A stretch of DNA of 61,022 nucleotides, filler included. It is 5 parts of 5 records of this genome, joined end to end, with 100 filler letters (N's around TTAATTAATTAA, not from the genome) between each part and the next. Parts side by side here need not be neighbours in the genome. Positions count along the whole stretch, not along the records: positions 19,100 to 30,107 come from DRR723986_6205; 4 more parts are not named here. One strand, 5' to 3'. Below the pieces are notes generated by a model. It ran no database searches. It had not been told where the DNA came from and was given only the letters and a program-made list of their open reading frames with translations. The position numbers and the translations under genes were made by a program. Positions within the stretch are counted from its first letter, which is position 1. Every line of letters begins with the position of its first letter. Positions 19,101 through 28,805 of the stretch are shown here, in pieces.

Positions 19101-20009
19101 TGGAACGCCGCCCGTTTCGCCGAGATGAATGAGTGTGGCGCCCCGGGGGAGATTGACTTCAACGAAATCCAGAGCCCGGTGAATCGCTGGATCCTCGGCG
19201 TACTCACCCAGTGTGTGGCGGACGTCAGCAAAGGTATAGAAGACTACCGCTTCGACGATAGCGCAGGCGCGATCTACCGCTTTGTCTGGAACACGTTCTG
19301 CGACTGGTATCTCGAGCTGATCAAGCCGCTGCTTGGCGGAATGGATGATGCCGCCAAATCCGAAACGCGTATGGTTTGCGGCTATGTGCTCGACGAGACG
19401 TTGAAACTGCTGCACCCGTTCATGCCGTTCGTGACGGAAGAACTGTGGGATCGCCGCGCTCCGGGCCGTGTGGCTGAGCAGGGCTTCCTGATGGGGCAGC
19501 AGTGGCCGGCGTTCACCGGATTCCATGACGATGCGGCCGCAGAGGAAGTGGACTGGGTCATCGGCCTTATCACGGAGCTGCGCTCGCTGCGTAATGATCT
19601 CGGCGTGCCGGCCGGGGCAAAGATCCCGCTCGCGCTGGTCAATGCGGGTGCGGAAATCGAGGAACGCGCCATGCGGCATGAAGATGTCCTCAAACGTCTT
19701 GCGCGCCTCGAAGACATTACCTTCACCGATGCGACGCCGGAAGGCGCCGTGACCGCCGTGTTCGGTGAAACCGTCGCGGCGCTTCAGATCGCCGACTTCG
19801 TGGACATCGCCGAAGCCCGCAAGCGGCTCGACAAGGAACTCGGCCAGATCGAGAAGGACATCACGTCCACCGAGAAGAAGCTTTCCAACGAGAACTTCGT
19901 TGCCCGCGCGCCGGAAGAGATCGTGGAAGAGAACCGCCAACGTCTCGTCGATTGGGCAGCGCGGCGCGAAAAGCTGGCTGCGGCACGAAAGGGGCTTGAA
20001 GGTCTCTGA
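19101..20009 (+). CDS. valS: Valine--tRNA ligase, C-terminal part (5' truncated by contig edge)
   Basis: WNAARF, FVWNTFCDWYLELIKP, LLHPFMPFVTEELW, KKLSNENFVARAPEEIV coiled coil. Confidence 0.96.
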   Translation, partial: WNAARFAEMNECGAPGEIDFNEIQSPVNRWILGVLTQCVADVSKGIEDYRFDDSAGAIYRFVWNTFCDWYLELIKPLLGGMDDAAKSETRMVCGYVLDETLKLLHPFMPFVTEELWDRRAPGRVAEQGFLMGQQWPAFTGFHDDAAAEEVDWVIGLITELRSLRNDLGVPAGAKIPLALVNAGAEIEERAMRHEDVLKRLARLEDITFTDATPEGAVTAVFGETVAALQIADFVDIAEARKRLDKELGQIEKDITSTEKKLSNENFVARAPEEIVEENRQRLVDWAARREKLAAARKGLEGL

Positions 20010-20052
20010 CCTTCAGGTCCAACCTGCTGTCAGATGGACAGGAGGCTTTCCC

Positions 20053-21063
20053 ATGATTTTTCGGCCGCTTCTCGCGGCAGCCGCGATTTTCCTCGCGGGC
20101 TGCCAGGTTTCGCCTGTGAACGCTGAGCCGCCGGAAGCGCCGCAATGGCGTCTCGCCATTCATGGCGGGGCTGGCGTGATCACGCGCGGTTCCATGACGC
20201 CGGAGCAGGAAGCGCTTTACAAGGCAGGCCTGCAGGAAGCGCTGGAAGCAGGGGCTGAAGTCCTGCGCAATGGCGGCAGCGCGCTCGACGCGGCGCAGGC
20301 GGCCGTCATCCCGATGGAGAACAACGAGATCTTCAATGCGGGCAAGGGCGCGGTCTTCACAGCGGCTGGGACGCACGAGCTGGACGCCTCCATCATGGAA
20401 GGCAGCACGCGTAATGCCGGTGCCGTGGCAGGTGTGACGATTGTGAAAAATCCGATCCTTGCGGCTCGCGCCGTGATGGACAATTCCGAACATGTAATGT
20501 TCGCCGGCCCCGGCGCGGATGCTTTTGCCCAAGCGCAGGGGCTGGAAACGGTTCCGAACACCTATTTCGACACCGAGCGGCGCCGCAAATCGCTGGAACG
20601 CGTTCTGGAAACGATGTCCCGTACTGCGGCCGATAAACACGGTACGGTTGGCGCCGTTGCCATCGACGCGGATGGCAACATTGCTGCGGCGACGACAACC
20701 GGCGGCATGACGGCCAAAACCGCCGGACGTGTCGGCGACTCGCCGCTTATCGGCGCCGCGACTTATGCCGAGAATGGTGTCTGCGGCGTCTCCGCCACCG
20801 GGCATGGCGAGTATTTTATCCGAGTCGGTGTCGCCAAGACGATCTGCGACCGGGTGAAGCTGGCCGGAGAAAGTGTCGGCGATGCTGCCCAAGTCGCGCT
20901 GGATGAGGTGGCAGCCCTTGGAGGTGACGGCGGCGTGGTGCTGATCGATGGCCAGGGCAATGTCGATTTCGTCTTCAACAGCGAAGGCATGTATCGTGGC
21001 AGGATCGACGCTGACGGATCCTGGATCGCGATCTATGGGGACGAAACCGAAACGGAGGAATAG
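20053..21063 (+). CDS. Isoaspartyl peptidase/L-asparaginase (Ntn hydrolase), predicted lipoprotein
   Basis: GGAGG RBS; LAGC lipobox; LAIHGGAG, FNAGKGAVF, ELDASIM, HGTVGAVA, GRVGDSPLIGA, SATGHGE. Confidence 0.93.
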   Translation: MIFRPLLAAAAIFLAGCQVSPVNAEPPEAPQWRLAIHGGAGVITRGSMTPEQEALYKAGLQEALEAGAEVLRNGGSALDAAQAAVIPMENNEIFNAGKGAVFTAAGTHELDASIMEGSTRNAGAVAGVTIVKNPILAARAVMDNSEHVMFAGPGADAFAQAQGLETVPNTYFDTERRRKSLERVLETMSRTAADKHGTVGAVAIDADGNIAAATTTGGMTAKTAGRVGDSPLIGAATYAENGVCGVSATGHGEYFIRVGVAKTICDRVKLAGESVGDAAQVALDEVAALGGDGGVVLIDGQGNVDFVFNSEGMYRGRIDADGSWIAIYGDETETEE

Positions 21064-21065
21064 TC

Positions 21066-22007
21066 ATGGAATTACGGCCGCTTGGTAAGTCGGGCCTGTC
21101 GACTGCACCGCTGTTGCTCGGCGGCAATGTGTTTGGCTGGACCGCTGACCGCACGACATCGTTCGAAATTCTGGACGCCTTTCTGGATGGCGGTTTCAAT
21201 GCGGTCGACACGGCGAATGTCTATTCCCGCTGGATTCCCGGGCATAAAGGCGGCGAGTCGGAAACGGTGCTTGGCGAATGGTTCGCCCAGGGCGGTGATC
21301 GGCGTGAGAAGACCCTTCTTATCACCAAGGTCGGATTCGATATGGGGGAGGGCGGCAAGGGATTGCGGGCGGACTATATCGTGGAAGCCTGTGAAGCCTC
21401 ATTGAAACGCTTGCAGACAGATTACATCGATCTCTACCTCTCCCATTTTCCCGATCCCGAAACCCCGATCGAGGAAACCCTGGAAGGGCACCAGCGATTA
21501 ATCAAGGCTGGCAAGGTTCGCGCCTGCGGCGCTTCAAACTATGATGGACCGGGCCTTGATGCTGCGATGAAGGCGGCTGGTGGTGATCGCGCACGGTATG
21601 AAGTTTTACAGCCTCACTACAATCTTCTTGTCCGCGATGAGTATGAAGGCGCACGGGAAGAGGCCTGCTTGCGCTATGGTCTGGGCGTCATCCCGTACTT
21701 TTCGCTTGCCAGTGGATTTCTGACGGGAAAATACCGGAATGAAGATGACCTGAAAAAGAGCCCGCGCGGCATGCGGATGAAGGAGCTTTTGTCGGGCCAC
21801 GGCCTTAAGGTTCTTGCTGCGCTGGACACCGTCGGTGCGAAGCATGGCGCTACCCCGGCGCAAGTGGCCTTGGCTTGGCTCATGCACAAGCCATCGGTCA
21901 CGGCCCCGATTGCTAGTGCAACGTCAGTTCCTCAGCTGAAAGAGATCATGCCCGCTGCGTCGCTCAAGCTGACGACAGAGGATATGGCGACACTCGATGA
22001 CGCCTGA
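21066..22007 (+). CDS. Aldo/keto reductase
   Basis: LGGNVFGWT, DTANVYS, SLKRLQTDYIDLY, QPHYNL, SLASGFLTGKY. Confidence 0.93.
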   Translation: MELRPLGKSGLSTAPLLLGGNVFGWTADRTTSFEILDAFLDGGFNAVDTANVYSRWIPGHKGGESETVLGEWFAQGGDRREKTLLITKVGFDMGEGGKGLRADYIVEACEASLKRLQTDYIDLYLSHFPDPETPIEETLEGHQRLIKAGKVRACGASNYDGPGLDAAMKAAGGDRARYEVLQPHYNLLVRDEYEGAREEACLRYGLGVIPYFSLASGFLTGKYRNEDDLKKSPRGMRMKELLSGHGLKVLAALDTVGAKHGATPAQVALAWLMHKPSVTAPIASATSVPQLKEIMPAASLKLTTEDMATLDDA

Positions 22008-22533
22008 AGCATCACAAAGCCTGATCTTTCGCGACGCGGTTGCGGGTGATGTTGCCGCGTTGACGGCGCTTGCGCGCAAGACGTTCACGGACAAGTTTGG
22101 GCATCTCTATAATCCGGCCGACCTGGCTGCGTTTCTGGAGGAGTCGCACAATTCGGACATTTATCGCGGCTGGATCGCTGATCCGGATGTGCTGGTCCGG
22201 GTTTGCGAAACAGGCGATGGGGTGATGAAAGCCTATCTGCTTTGCAGTCCGCTCAGCCTGCCGGCGCCGGAGCCTCAGCCGGGCGCCCTGGAGCTCAAGC
22301 GGGTCTATGTCGATAACTCGTTGCAGGGACGGGGCATCGGTTCAGGCTTCATCGATGAAGCGCTTGGCTGGGCGCGCAACCGGAATGCACCGGAAATGTA
22401 TCTCAGCGTCTATTCGGACAATCTCGATGCGCAGCGTCTCTACGCCCGTCTCGGCTGGGAGAAGGTGGCGGAATTCCTGTTCCCGGTGGGCGAGCACCGC
22501 GATCTCGAATTCCTTCTGCGGCTGAAACTCTAA
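21997..22533 (+). CDS. GNAT family N-acetyltransferase
   Basis: ELKRVYV..LQGRGIG acetyl-CoA motif; LSVYSDNLDAQRLYARLGW. Confidence 0.9.
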   Translation: MTPEASQSLIFRDAVAGDVAALTALARKTFTDKFGHLYNPADLAAFLEESHNSDIYRGWIADPDVLVRVCETGDGVMKAYLLCSPLSLPAPEPQPGALELKRVYVDNSLQGRGIGSGFIDEALGWARNRNAPEMYLSVYSDNLDAQRLYARLGWEKVAEFLFPVGEHRDLEFLLRLKL

Positions 22534-22595
22534 GCGTCTTGGCGGGGCAGCCGAACCGGTTTTAAGTGGCGCCTTCAATTTCGCGGGACACTTGC

Positions 22596-23609
22596 ATGAC
22601 AGAGAAACCTGAGATCGATCCGGCGATCCTGGAGGCCATGGATGGCTTGCGGGATGAGTTCGCCGACTTTGCCGGGATATACCAGAATGAAATCCGGCCC
22701 GCGCTGCAGGCGCGCGAGCATGACCGCGAACAGGCCGTCAGCAAGGCACGAAAGTATCGCTATATCGGCATCGCACTCGGTCTCGCGATCGCTCTGGTCG
22801 GATTTATCGGTTTCAAATCCGTGTTTGGGCCTTTCCTGGGCGTGCTGATCGGGTTCGGTCTGGTGACGTGGGGCGGACAGGATCTCAAGCGTTTCGGCAA
22901 GGAAGCCAAGGAGCTGCTCGTCCAGCCAGTGGTGCACCAGCTGGGCCTCGCTTTCCAGCCCGAGCCGGGCGAGGTTGCGTCAATCTATGAGCACAAGAAT
23001 GTCGGCATCGTGCCCGGTTGGGATCGCGCGAGTTATGAAGACCGGCTGACGGGGACGCGCGACAATGTCGAGTTTGAACTCTTCGAGGCGCATCTGGAGG
23101 AAAAACGCCGGTCGACCGATTCCAAGGGCCGGACCACGACGCGATGGGTCACCGTCTTCAAAGGCCAGTGCCTGCGCTTTCATTTCGACAAGACGTTCTA
23201 CGGCCGGACACTGGTCACCCGGGACGCGGGCTTCTTTAACAGGTTCGGCGGCGGCAACGGCATGCAGCGCGCGTCGCTGGAGGACCCGGAATTCGAAAAG
23301 ATCTTTGAGGTCTACACGACCGATCAGGTGGAATCCCGCTACCTGCTGACACCAGACCTGATGCAGGAGCTGGTGAACCTCGAAAAGGCATTTCATGGCG
23401 GGAAGCTGAAATGCTGCTTCTATGGCGGAGAACTCTACATCACGCTGCAGGGCGGCAACCTGTTTGAGCCCGGCAGCATGTTTACGCCATTGGACAGTCC
23501 AAACCGGTTGAGGGAGCTGCTGGAGGACTTTGCGGCGGTGTTCCACATCATCGATGTTACCAACAAGAACCGCCGCCGCAGAGGTGAACGGCGATCGCCG
23601 GAGGCATGA
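22596..23609 (+). CDS. DUF3137-like membrane protein
   Basis: Two N-terminal TM helices; LEDPEFEKIFEVYTTDQVESRYLLTPDLM motif. Confidence 0.8.
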   Translation: MTEKPEIDPAILEAMDGLRDEFADFAGIYQNEIRPALQAREHDREQAVSKARKYRYIGIALGLAIALVGFIGFKSVFGPFLGVLIGFGLVTWGGQDLKRFGKEAKELLVQPVVHQLGLAFQPEPGEVASIYEHKNVGIVPGWDRASYEDRLTGTRDNVEFELFEAHLEEKRRSTDSKGRTTTRWVTVFKGQCLRFHFDKTFYGRTLVTRDAGFFNRFGGGNGMQRASLEDPEFEKIFEVYTTDQVESRYLLTPDLMQELVNLEKAFHGGKLKCCFYGGELYITLQGGNLFEPGSMFTPLDSPNRLRELLEDFAAVFHIIDVTNKNRRRRGERRSPEA

Positions 23610-23707
23610 TCGCGCCCGCAATCTGGGCAATTTCAGGGCAGTAACGTTCAGTAAGGCTTCAGATGACAAAGGTCATGGTGCTGGCAATTGGTGAGAGAGG
23701 ACTTTCC

Positions 23708-24088
23708 ATGAACCGACTGATGATTGCTGTCATTTTTGCTCTTGCTGCGCCCGTTGCTGCGGCGGATGCGGCGTCATCGGCCAAGGAACTTGCCCGGTGC
23801 CAGGCGATGTCGGCCACATTCAAGCCGAAGCAGGAAGAAATCGTGAAGCTGAAAGACGCGCGCGACGCACAGGCAGAAGTCGTGGAGACGAAAGGCGAAG
23901 TCTGGGACGACGTGGAAGTCATGCGCAATGCATCAAAGAAACATGCGAAGACCGCTGATGCTGCCAAAGCAGACTATGAGGCGGCGAAAGCGGACCTGCT
24001 GCGCATGGAGCTTGGACTTCAGGAAGCGGTGAAGGCCCTGAACGCCGACTTCGAAGCCTACAATCAGACCTGCGCGACCGAAGGCTGA
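23708..24088 (+). CDS. Secreted coiled-coil hypothetical protein
   Basis: GAGG RBS before MNRLMIAVIFALAAPVAAA signal peptide; helical body with two Cys near the termini. Confidence 0.75.
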   Translation: MNRLMIAVIFALAAPVAAADAASSAKELARCQAMSATFKPKQEEIVKLKDARDAQAEVVETKGEVWDDVEVMRNASKKHAKTADAAKADYEAAKADLLRMELGLQEAVKALNADFEAYNQTCATEG

Positions 24089-24220
24089 TCGTCCGTCTCT
24101 GTGAAAAGTTCCCGTGGCAGGGGAAATCTGATTTTCTGACGGGGTAATGCCCATTGGACAGGATGGGTTTCGTGCTTAATCCTGTCAGCAGCTCAAAACC
24201 AGAATTGCCCAAAGCAAAAC

Positions 24221-25246
24221 ATGCCCCGCAGACAGGCTGGCGCCCGGCCAGCGACAATCATCGATGTGGCCCGTGAGGCGGGTGTCTCCTTCAAGACCGT
24301 CAGCCGCGTGCTGAACGGCGAAAGCAATGTGCGCGACCAGACCCGGGAGCGCGTCATGAGCGCAGTAAAGACGCTGGACTACCACACCAATCACAATGCC
24401 CGTAACCTTCGCACGCGGCAAAGCCGGATCATCTGTCTGCTCCATGCTAACCCCTCCCGAAACTATATCGGGGATGTGCATCTGGGCGCGCTCCAGCGGT
24501 GTCAGACGGAAGGGTACAGCCTGATTACAGAGGACTGTTCTGCGTCCTCCGGTGGGGTTCTGGCCTTACAGTCCGGCAACAGGTTGGCGGGTGCGATCCT
24601 GACGCCGCCGCTTTCCGACGACCCGGATCTGATCCAACAATTGCGAGATCACGGCGTGCCTTTCGTCCGCATCGCGCCATCCGCGTCGGTTGAACCTGGC
24701 CGCGATGTGGCAATCGACGACCGGGCTGCGGCCCATGATATGACGCAATATCTGATTGGTCTTGGCCACCGGCGGATCGGCTTCATTCGCGGGGCTCCGG
24801 CGCACGACCAGACAGGGCTTCGCTTCGAAGGCTACAAGGCTGCGCTGGAGCAAGCCGGCATTCCTTTCGATCCGAACCTGGTGACGGAAGGGGATTTCAC
24901 GTTCGACTCCGGCACGGCGGCGGCGGACCGGTTGCTGGATCTGCAGGAGAGGCCAACGGCAATCTTTGCGTCCAATGACGACATGGCCGCCGGAGTCATC
25001 GCGGCCTGTTACCGCCGGCGGATTGAGATCCCTCGGGATCTTTCGGTTGCGGGGTTTGACGACACACCGCTCGCCTCGACGATCAGTCCCTCCCTGACCA
25101 CAATTTACCAGCCAAGCCGGGAGCAGGCCTTCGAGGCTATCGGTCTTCTCCTGGAAGAGATCGCGGCGCCAAGTGAGACGCCGCAACGCCAATTGCTGGA
25201 TTACCGGATGGTACCGCGGGCATCGACAGCGCCGCCTCGCAAGTGA
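24221..25246 (+). CDS. LacI family transcriptional regulator
   Basis: ATIIDVAREAGVSFKTVSRVLN HTH; PTAIFASNDDMA; DLSVAGFDD. Confidence 0.95.
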   Translation: MPRRQAGARPATIIDVAREAGVSFKTVSRVLNGESNVRDQTRERVMSAVKTLDYHTNHNARNLRTRQSRIICLLHANPSRNYIGDVHLGALQRCQTEGYSLITEDCSASSGGVLALQSGNRLAGAILTPPLSDDPDLIQQLRDHGVPFVRIAPSASVEPGRDVAIDDRAAAHDMTQYLIGLGHRRIGFIRGAPAHDQTGLRFEGYKAALEQAGIPFDPNLVTEGDFTFDSGTAAADRLLDLQERPTAIFASNDDMAAGVIAACYRRRIEIPRDLSVAGFDDTPLASTISPSLTTIYQPSREQAFEAIGLLLEEIAAPSETPQRQLLDYRMVPRASTAPPRK

Positions 25247-25296
25247 GTGACGCAATTTCTGTTTCCAGCCTTCCGGCCCTGTTGTAAGCCGCCTGC

Positions 25297-26388
25297 ATGA
25301 CCAGTATCCGCCCCCTCCCGCATATCGAAAAGACGAAGCCTTATGTGCCCGGCGGCAAGCTGCACGGGACGAAAGACCGTGTCGTCATGCTGGCGTCGAA
25401 CGAGAATCCATTCGGCCCAAGTCCGAAGGCAATCGAAGCGATGCAGAACGTCGCCCGCCATGTTCACGTCTATCCGGATCCCGATTACGGCGCGCTTCGC
25501 CAGGCAATTGCCGACGCCAAGGGCATCAAGGATGTATCCCGCGTCGCGGTGTCAGCCGGATCGGATGAGATCATCCACCTGCTGACGCAGGCCTATGCCG
25601 GGCCCGGCGACGAAATTCTGTTCACAGAACATGCCTTCTCCATGTATCAGGTCTCGGCGCTTGGGCATGGCGCGACGCCGGTCACAGTGCCGGAAACCGA
25701 CTTCACGGCCGGCTTCAACGCGCTTCTGGGCGGCGTGACCGAACGGACCCGGATCCTGTTCCTGGCCAATCCGAACAATCCGACCGGCACGATGATGCAG
25801 GTTGAGGAACTGGCGCGTCTTCAGGATGCGCTGCCACCGCATGTCCTGTTCGTGATCGATGGCGCCTATGCCGAATATGTCGGCGAAGCGTATGAGGCGG
25901 AGATCCGCGATCTGGTCGACCGGCGTGCCAACACGGTGATGATCCGCACATTCTCAAAGATTTATGGTCTCGCGGCACTCCGCCTTGGTTGGGGATATTT
26001 CCCGGTGGAGATTGCCGACACCTTCCAGCGCATCCGGCCGCCTTTCAATATCAACGCGTTCGCCGTGGCTGCGGGGATTGCCAGCATCGGCGATTTCGAA
26101 TTCATCGAGAAAAGCCGCGAGCACAATTCAGAATGGCGGGCGATCTATATCAAGCGCTTGAATGCGGTGGGCTTGCCGACACCTGAGGCGTACGCCAATT
26201 TCGTCATCCCGGATTTTGGATCTGCGGAACGGGCAGCGGCCGCACATGAGTTCATGAAGCAGAACAATGTTCTGGTCAGGGCGATCGGCGGTTACGGCTT
26301 GCCGAGCCGCCTCCGGATTTCCATCGGATCGGCCGAAGACAATGAAATTGTGCTCGGCCTGCTGGAGTCATTCACCGCGTCACGCTGA
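25297..26388 (+). CDS. hisC: Histidinol-phosphate aminotransferase
   Basis: LASNENPFGPSP, NPNNPTGT, IDGAYAEY, RTFSKIYGLAALRLGW (PLP lysine). Confidence 0.92.
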   Translation: MTSIRPLPHIEKTKPYVPGGKLHGTKDRVVMLASNENPFGPSPKAIEAMQNVARHVHVYPDPDYGALRQAIADAKGIKDVSRVAVSAGSDEIIHLLTQAYAGPGDEILFTEHAFSMYQVSALGHGATPVTVPETDFTAGFNALLGGVTERTRILFLANPNNPTGTMMQVEELARLQDALPPHVLFVIDGAYAEYVGEAYEAEIRDLVDRRANTVMIRTFSKIYGLAALRLGWGYFPVEIADTFQRIRPPFNINAFAVAAGIASIGDFEFIEKSREHNSEWRAIYIKRLNAVGLPTPEAYANFVIPDFGSAERAAAAHEFMKQNNVLVRAIGGYGLPSRLRISIGSAEDNEIVLGLLESFTASR

Positions 26389-27256
26389 TATTGTCGATCA
26401 GGCGCGTGCGGCCCATCCAGGCGGCGCCGAGCAGCCGGGCCACAGATCCAGCGGGCAGGGGCGTGTCCGGCAGATCCTGCAGTGTGTCCGGATCGACCAG
26501 CGACACGTAGTCGATCTTCCCAAAACCAGACCGGACCAGCAGATCCCGCGCCTCGCTGAGTGCGACCGAAGGCGATTCCCCCGTTGCAAGCCTCACGGAT
26601 GCCCGGTGAAGCGCCGCCTGCATGGCGCCAGCGTTCCGGCGTTCCTCGGATTTCAGGTAAAGATTCCGGGATGACTGGGCGAGGCCATCGGCATCCCGCG
26701 CGGTCGAAGCCCCAATGATTTCAATGGGAAAGCCGAGGTCCCTGACCATACGGCGGATGATCTGCAGCTGCTGGTAGTCCTTTTCCCCGAACACGGCGAC
26801 GTCCGGTTGTACGTGAAGAAACAGGCGCGCGACGACTGTGGAGACGCCGTAGAAGAAATGCGGCCTGTAGATTCCATCCAGCAGGTCGGACATCTCCTCA
26901 ACCCGCACATTCGTGACGGAGCCTTCGGGATACATCTCTTCCACGGTTGGCAGGTAGGCAATATCGCAGCCCACCGAAGCGAGCTTTGCAAGATCGGCGT
27001 TCTCGTCCCTCGGATAGGTGTCGAAGTCCTCGCCCGGTGCAAACTGAGTCGGGTTCACGAAAATGCTCGCGACGATTCGCGTGGCTTTTTCTTTCGCCTT
27101 TTCAATGAGTGACAAATGTCCGCCGTGCAGTGCGCCCATTGTGGGGATAAATCCTACCCGCTCACCAGCCTGCTTCCAGGTCGAAACCTGTTGCAGTAGC
27201 TCGCGTCTCGCACGGACAGTGGGGGTAAGGTGACCTGTCTTCGAATTCACTTTCAA
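26372..27256 (-). CDS. panC: Pantoate--beta-alanine ligase
   Basis: PTMGALHGGHLSL, SIFVNPTQF, FGEKDYQQL, DGLAQSSRN, TRLIDN. Confidence 0.96.
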   Translation of the reverse strand: MKVNSKTGHLTPTVRARRELLQQVSTWKQAGERVGFIPTMGALHGGHLSLIEKAKEKATRIVASIFVNPTQFAPGEDFDTYPRDENADLAKLASVGCDIAYLPTVEEMYPEGSVTNVRVEEMSDLLDGIYRPHFFYGVSTVVARLFLHVQPDVAVFGEKDYQQLQIIRRMVRDLGFPIEIIGASTARDADGLAQSSRNLYLKSEERRNAGAMQAALHRASVRLATGESPSVALSEARDLLVRSGFGKIDYVSLVDPDTLQDLPDTPLPAGSVARLLGAAWMGRTRLIDNISVTR

Positions 27257-27278
27257 TTCGTCCCGGCTCCGGATTGTG

Positions 27279-27294
27279 TAAACGCGTTGTTAAC
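27279..27294 (+). promoter_or_regulatory. Possible CtrA-binding site (TAAA-N7-TTAAC)
   Basis: TAAACGCGTTGTTAAC, one mismatch from TTAA-N7-TTAAC, in the panC/hypothetical divergent spacer upstream of mipZ. Confidence 0.4.
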
Positions 27295-27317
27295 CTGTTC
27301 GGAGGAATTTTAAAGCC

Positions 27318-27773
27318 ATGACACAGCGCATCCTTTCTTCCCTGAAATCCTTCGTGCTGACGGCAGCGTTCCGCATGTCCGCCAGCGAGTCGCGTCTCCC
27401 CGGCGAGGGCGCTCCGGAGCCGCGTACCCGGCACCTCAATCCGGAGATGGACATCGACGAATGGATGTTCGACCGCGATGGAAACCCCGTCACGGAATCG
27501 GCAACGCTGTATGCCCGCGAAACGGCCCGTGTCTCCGGCGCCCTGTCCGGCCTGCGTTCCCTGCTGACGCAGATCGCCATGCACGCCCCGCAGACCGAGG
27601 AACTTCCTGCAGAAGCAGCCTTCGGCCCGATCATGTCCGACGACCTGCTGTTCGACGGCGAGCCGATGCCCGCGCAGTTCGGAATCCTGGCTGACGACGA
27701 TGACCTTTTCGACGAGATGCCCACACGCCGTACGGCTTGGAGCGACTCGCAAGACATGCCACGTGTCGCCTGA
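27318..27773 (+). CDS. Acidic hypothetical protein upstream of mipZ
   Basis: GGAGG RBS; 151 aa; D/E/P-rich C-terminus; typical high-GC3 codon use. Confidence 0.7.
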   Translation: MTQRILSSLKSFVLTAAFRMSASESRLPGEGAPEPRTRHLNPEMDIDEWMFDRDGNPVTESATLYARETARVSGALSGLRSLLTQIAMHAPQTEELPAEAAFGPIMSDDLLFDGEPMPAQFGILADDDDLFDEMPTRRTAWSDSQDMPRVA

Positions 27774-27821
27774 GCCCTTTCGCTGATTTAACCTGTCTGA
27801 CTGAACCTGGAGCTTTCTGAC

Positions 27822-28706
27822 ATGCCTGATGGATTCGCGCCTACCGCACTCGTGGGTGGCCCGGACCTGTCGGTCCCCCAGAAGGATGCCCGCGTCATTG
27901 TCGTAGGCAACGAGAAGGGCGGGGCCGGCAAGTCGACGGTCTCGATGCACCTTTGCGTTTCCCTGATGCGGATGGGCAAGGCCGTCGGCGTGATCGACCT
28001 CGATGTCCGCCAGCGGTCGCTGACCCGTTATCTCGAAAACCGCCTGCGCTGGATGCAGTCCACCGGCTCCCGTCTCCCGATGCCGGAAATCGTGCGCGTG
28101 GATGCGTCGACCGAGCGGGATCTCGACCGGGCCGAAGCGGAAGAAACGCACCGGCTGGTCTCCAGTCTCCAGCGCCTGAAGAAGACCTGCGATTTCATCA
28201 TCATCGACTCTCCTGGCGGTGACACCTTCCTGTCCCGGTCGGCGCACATGCATGCTGATACGCTGATCACGCCGCTGAACGACAGTTTCGTGGACTTCGA
28301 CCTTCTGGGTGATGTGAACCCGCAGACGCTGGAAGTGATCCGGCCGAGTTTCTATTCCGAAATGGTCTGGTCCTGCCGGAAGAAGAAGGCGCAGACATCG
28401 CGTCGGCCAATCGACTGGATCGTGATGCGCAACCGCATGTCGCCGCTGGCAGCTCGGAACAAGGAACGCGTCGGCGAAGCGCTCGACAACCTTTCCAAAC
28501 GGATCGGCTTCCGCCTCGCGCCGGGCCTGTCCGAGCGTGTCATCTACCGCGAGCTGTTCCCGGCCGGCCTGACGCTGCTGGACCTCACGGAGAAGGGCTC
28601 CAACGTCTCCTTCACGATGAGCCATGTTGCGGCCCGTCAGGAGATGCGCGACCTGATCATCATCCTGCAGCTGCCGGAACTGACCGGCGCGGAAATCACT
28701 TTCTGA
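27822..28706 (+). CDS. mipZ: Division plane positioning ATPase MipZ
   Basis: VVGNEKGGAGKST, IDLDVRQRSLTRYLENR, ADTLITPLNDSFVDFDLLG, IDWIVMRNR, ERVIYRELFP; adjacent to panC. Confidence 0.93.
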   Translation: MPDGFAPTALVGGPDLSVPQKDARVIVVGNEKGGAGKSTVSMHLCVSLMRMGKAVGVIDLDVRQRSLTRYLENRLRWMQSTGSRLPMPEIVRVDASTERDLDRAEAEETHRLVSSLQRLKKTCDFIIIDSPGGDTFLSRSAHMHADTLITPLNDSFVDFDLLGDVNPQTLEVIRPSFYSEMVWSCRKKKAQTSRRPIDWIVMRNRMSPLAARNKERVGEALDNLSKRIGFRLAPGLSERVIYRELFPAGLTLLDLTEKGSNVSFTMSHVAARQEMRDLIIILQLPELTGAEITF

Positions 28707-28805
28707 TCCAGCGCCCAACTGACGCAAGGTGAGGCCAGCCGGGTGCTGGCCTTCTTTGTATTTCGGCGGCACTCTGCCTCCCGAAATAGAGAGGGAGGAC
28801 GGCAC

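Noticed and set aside
26372-26388. 17-bp overlap of the hisC and panC 3' ends
   Set aside because: Short convergent overlaps are common
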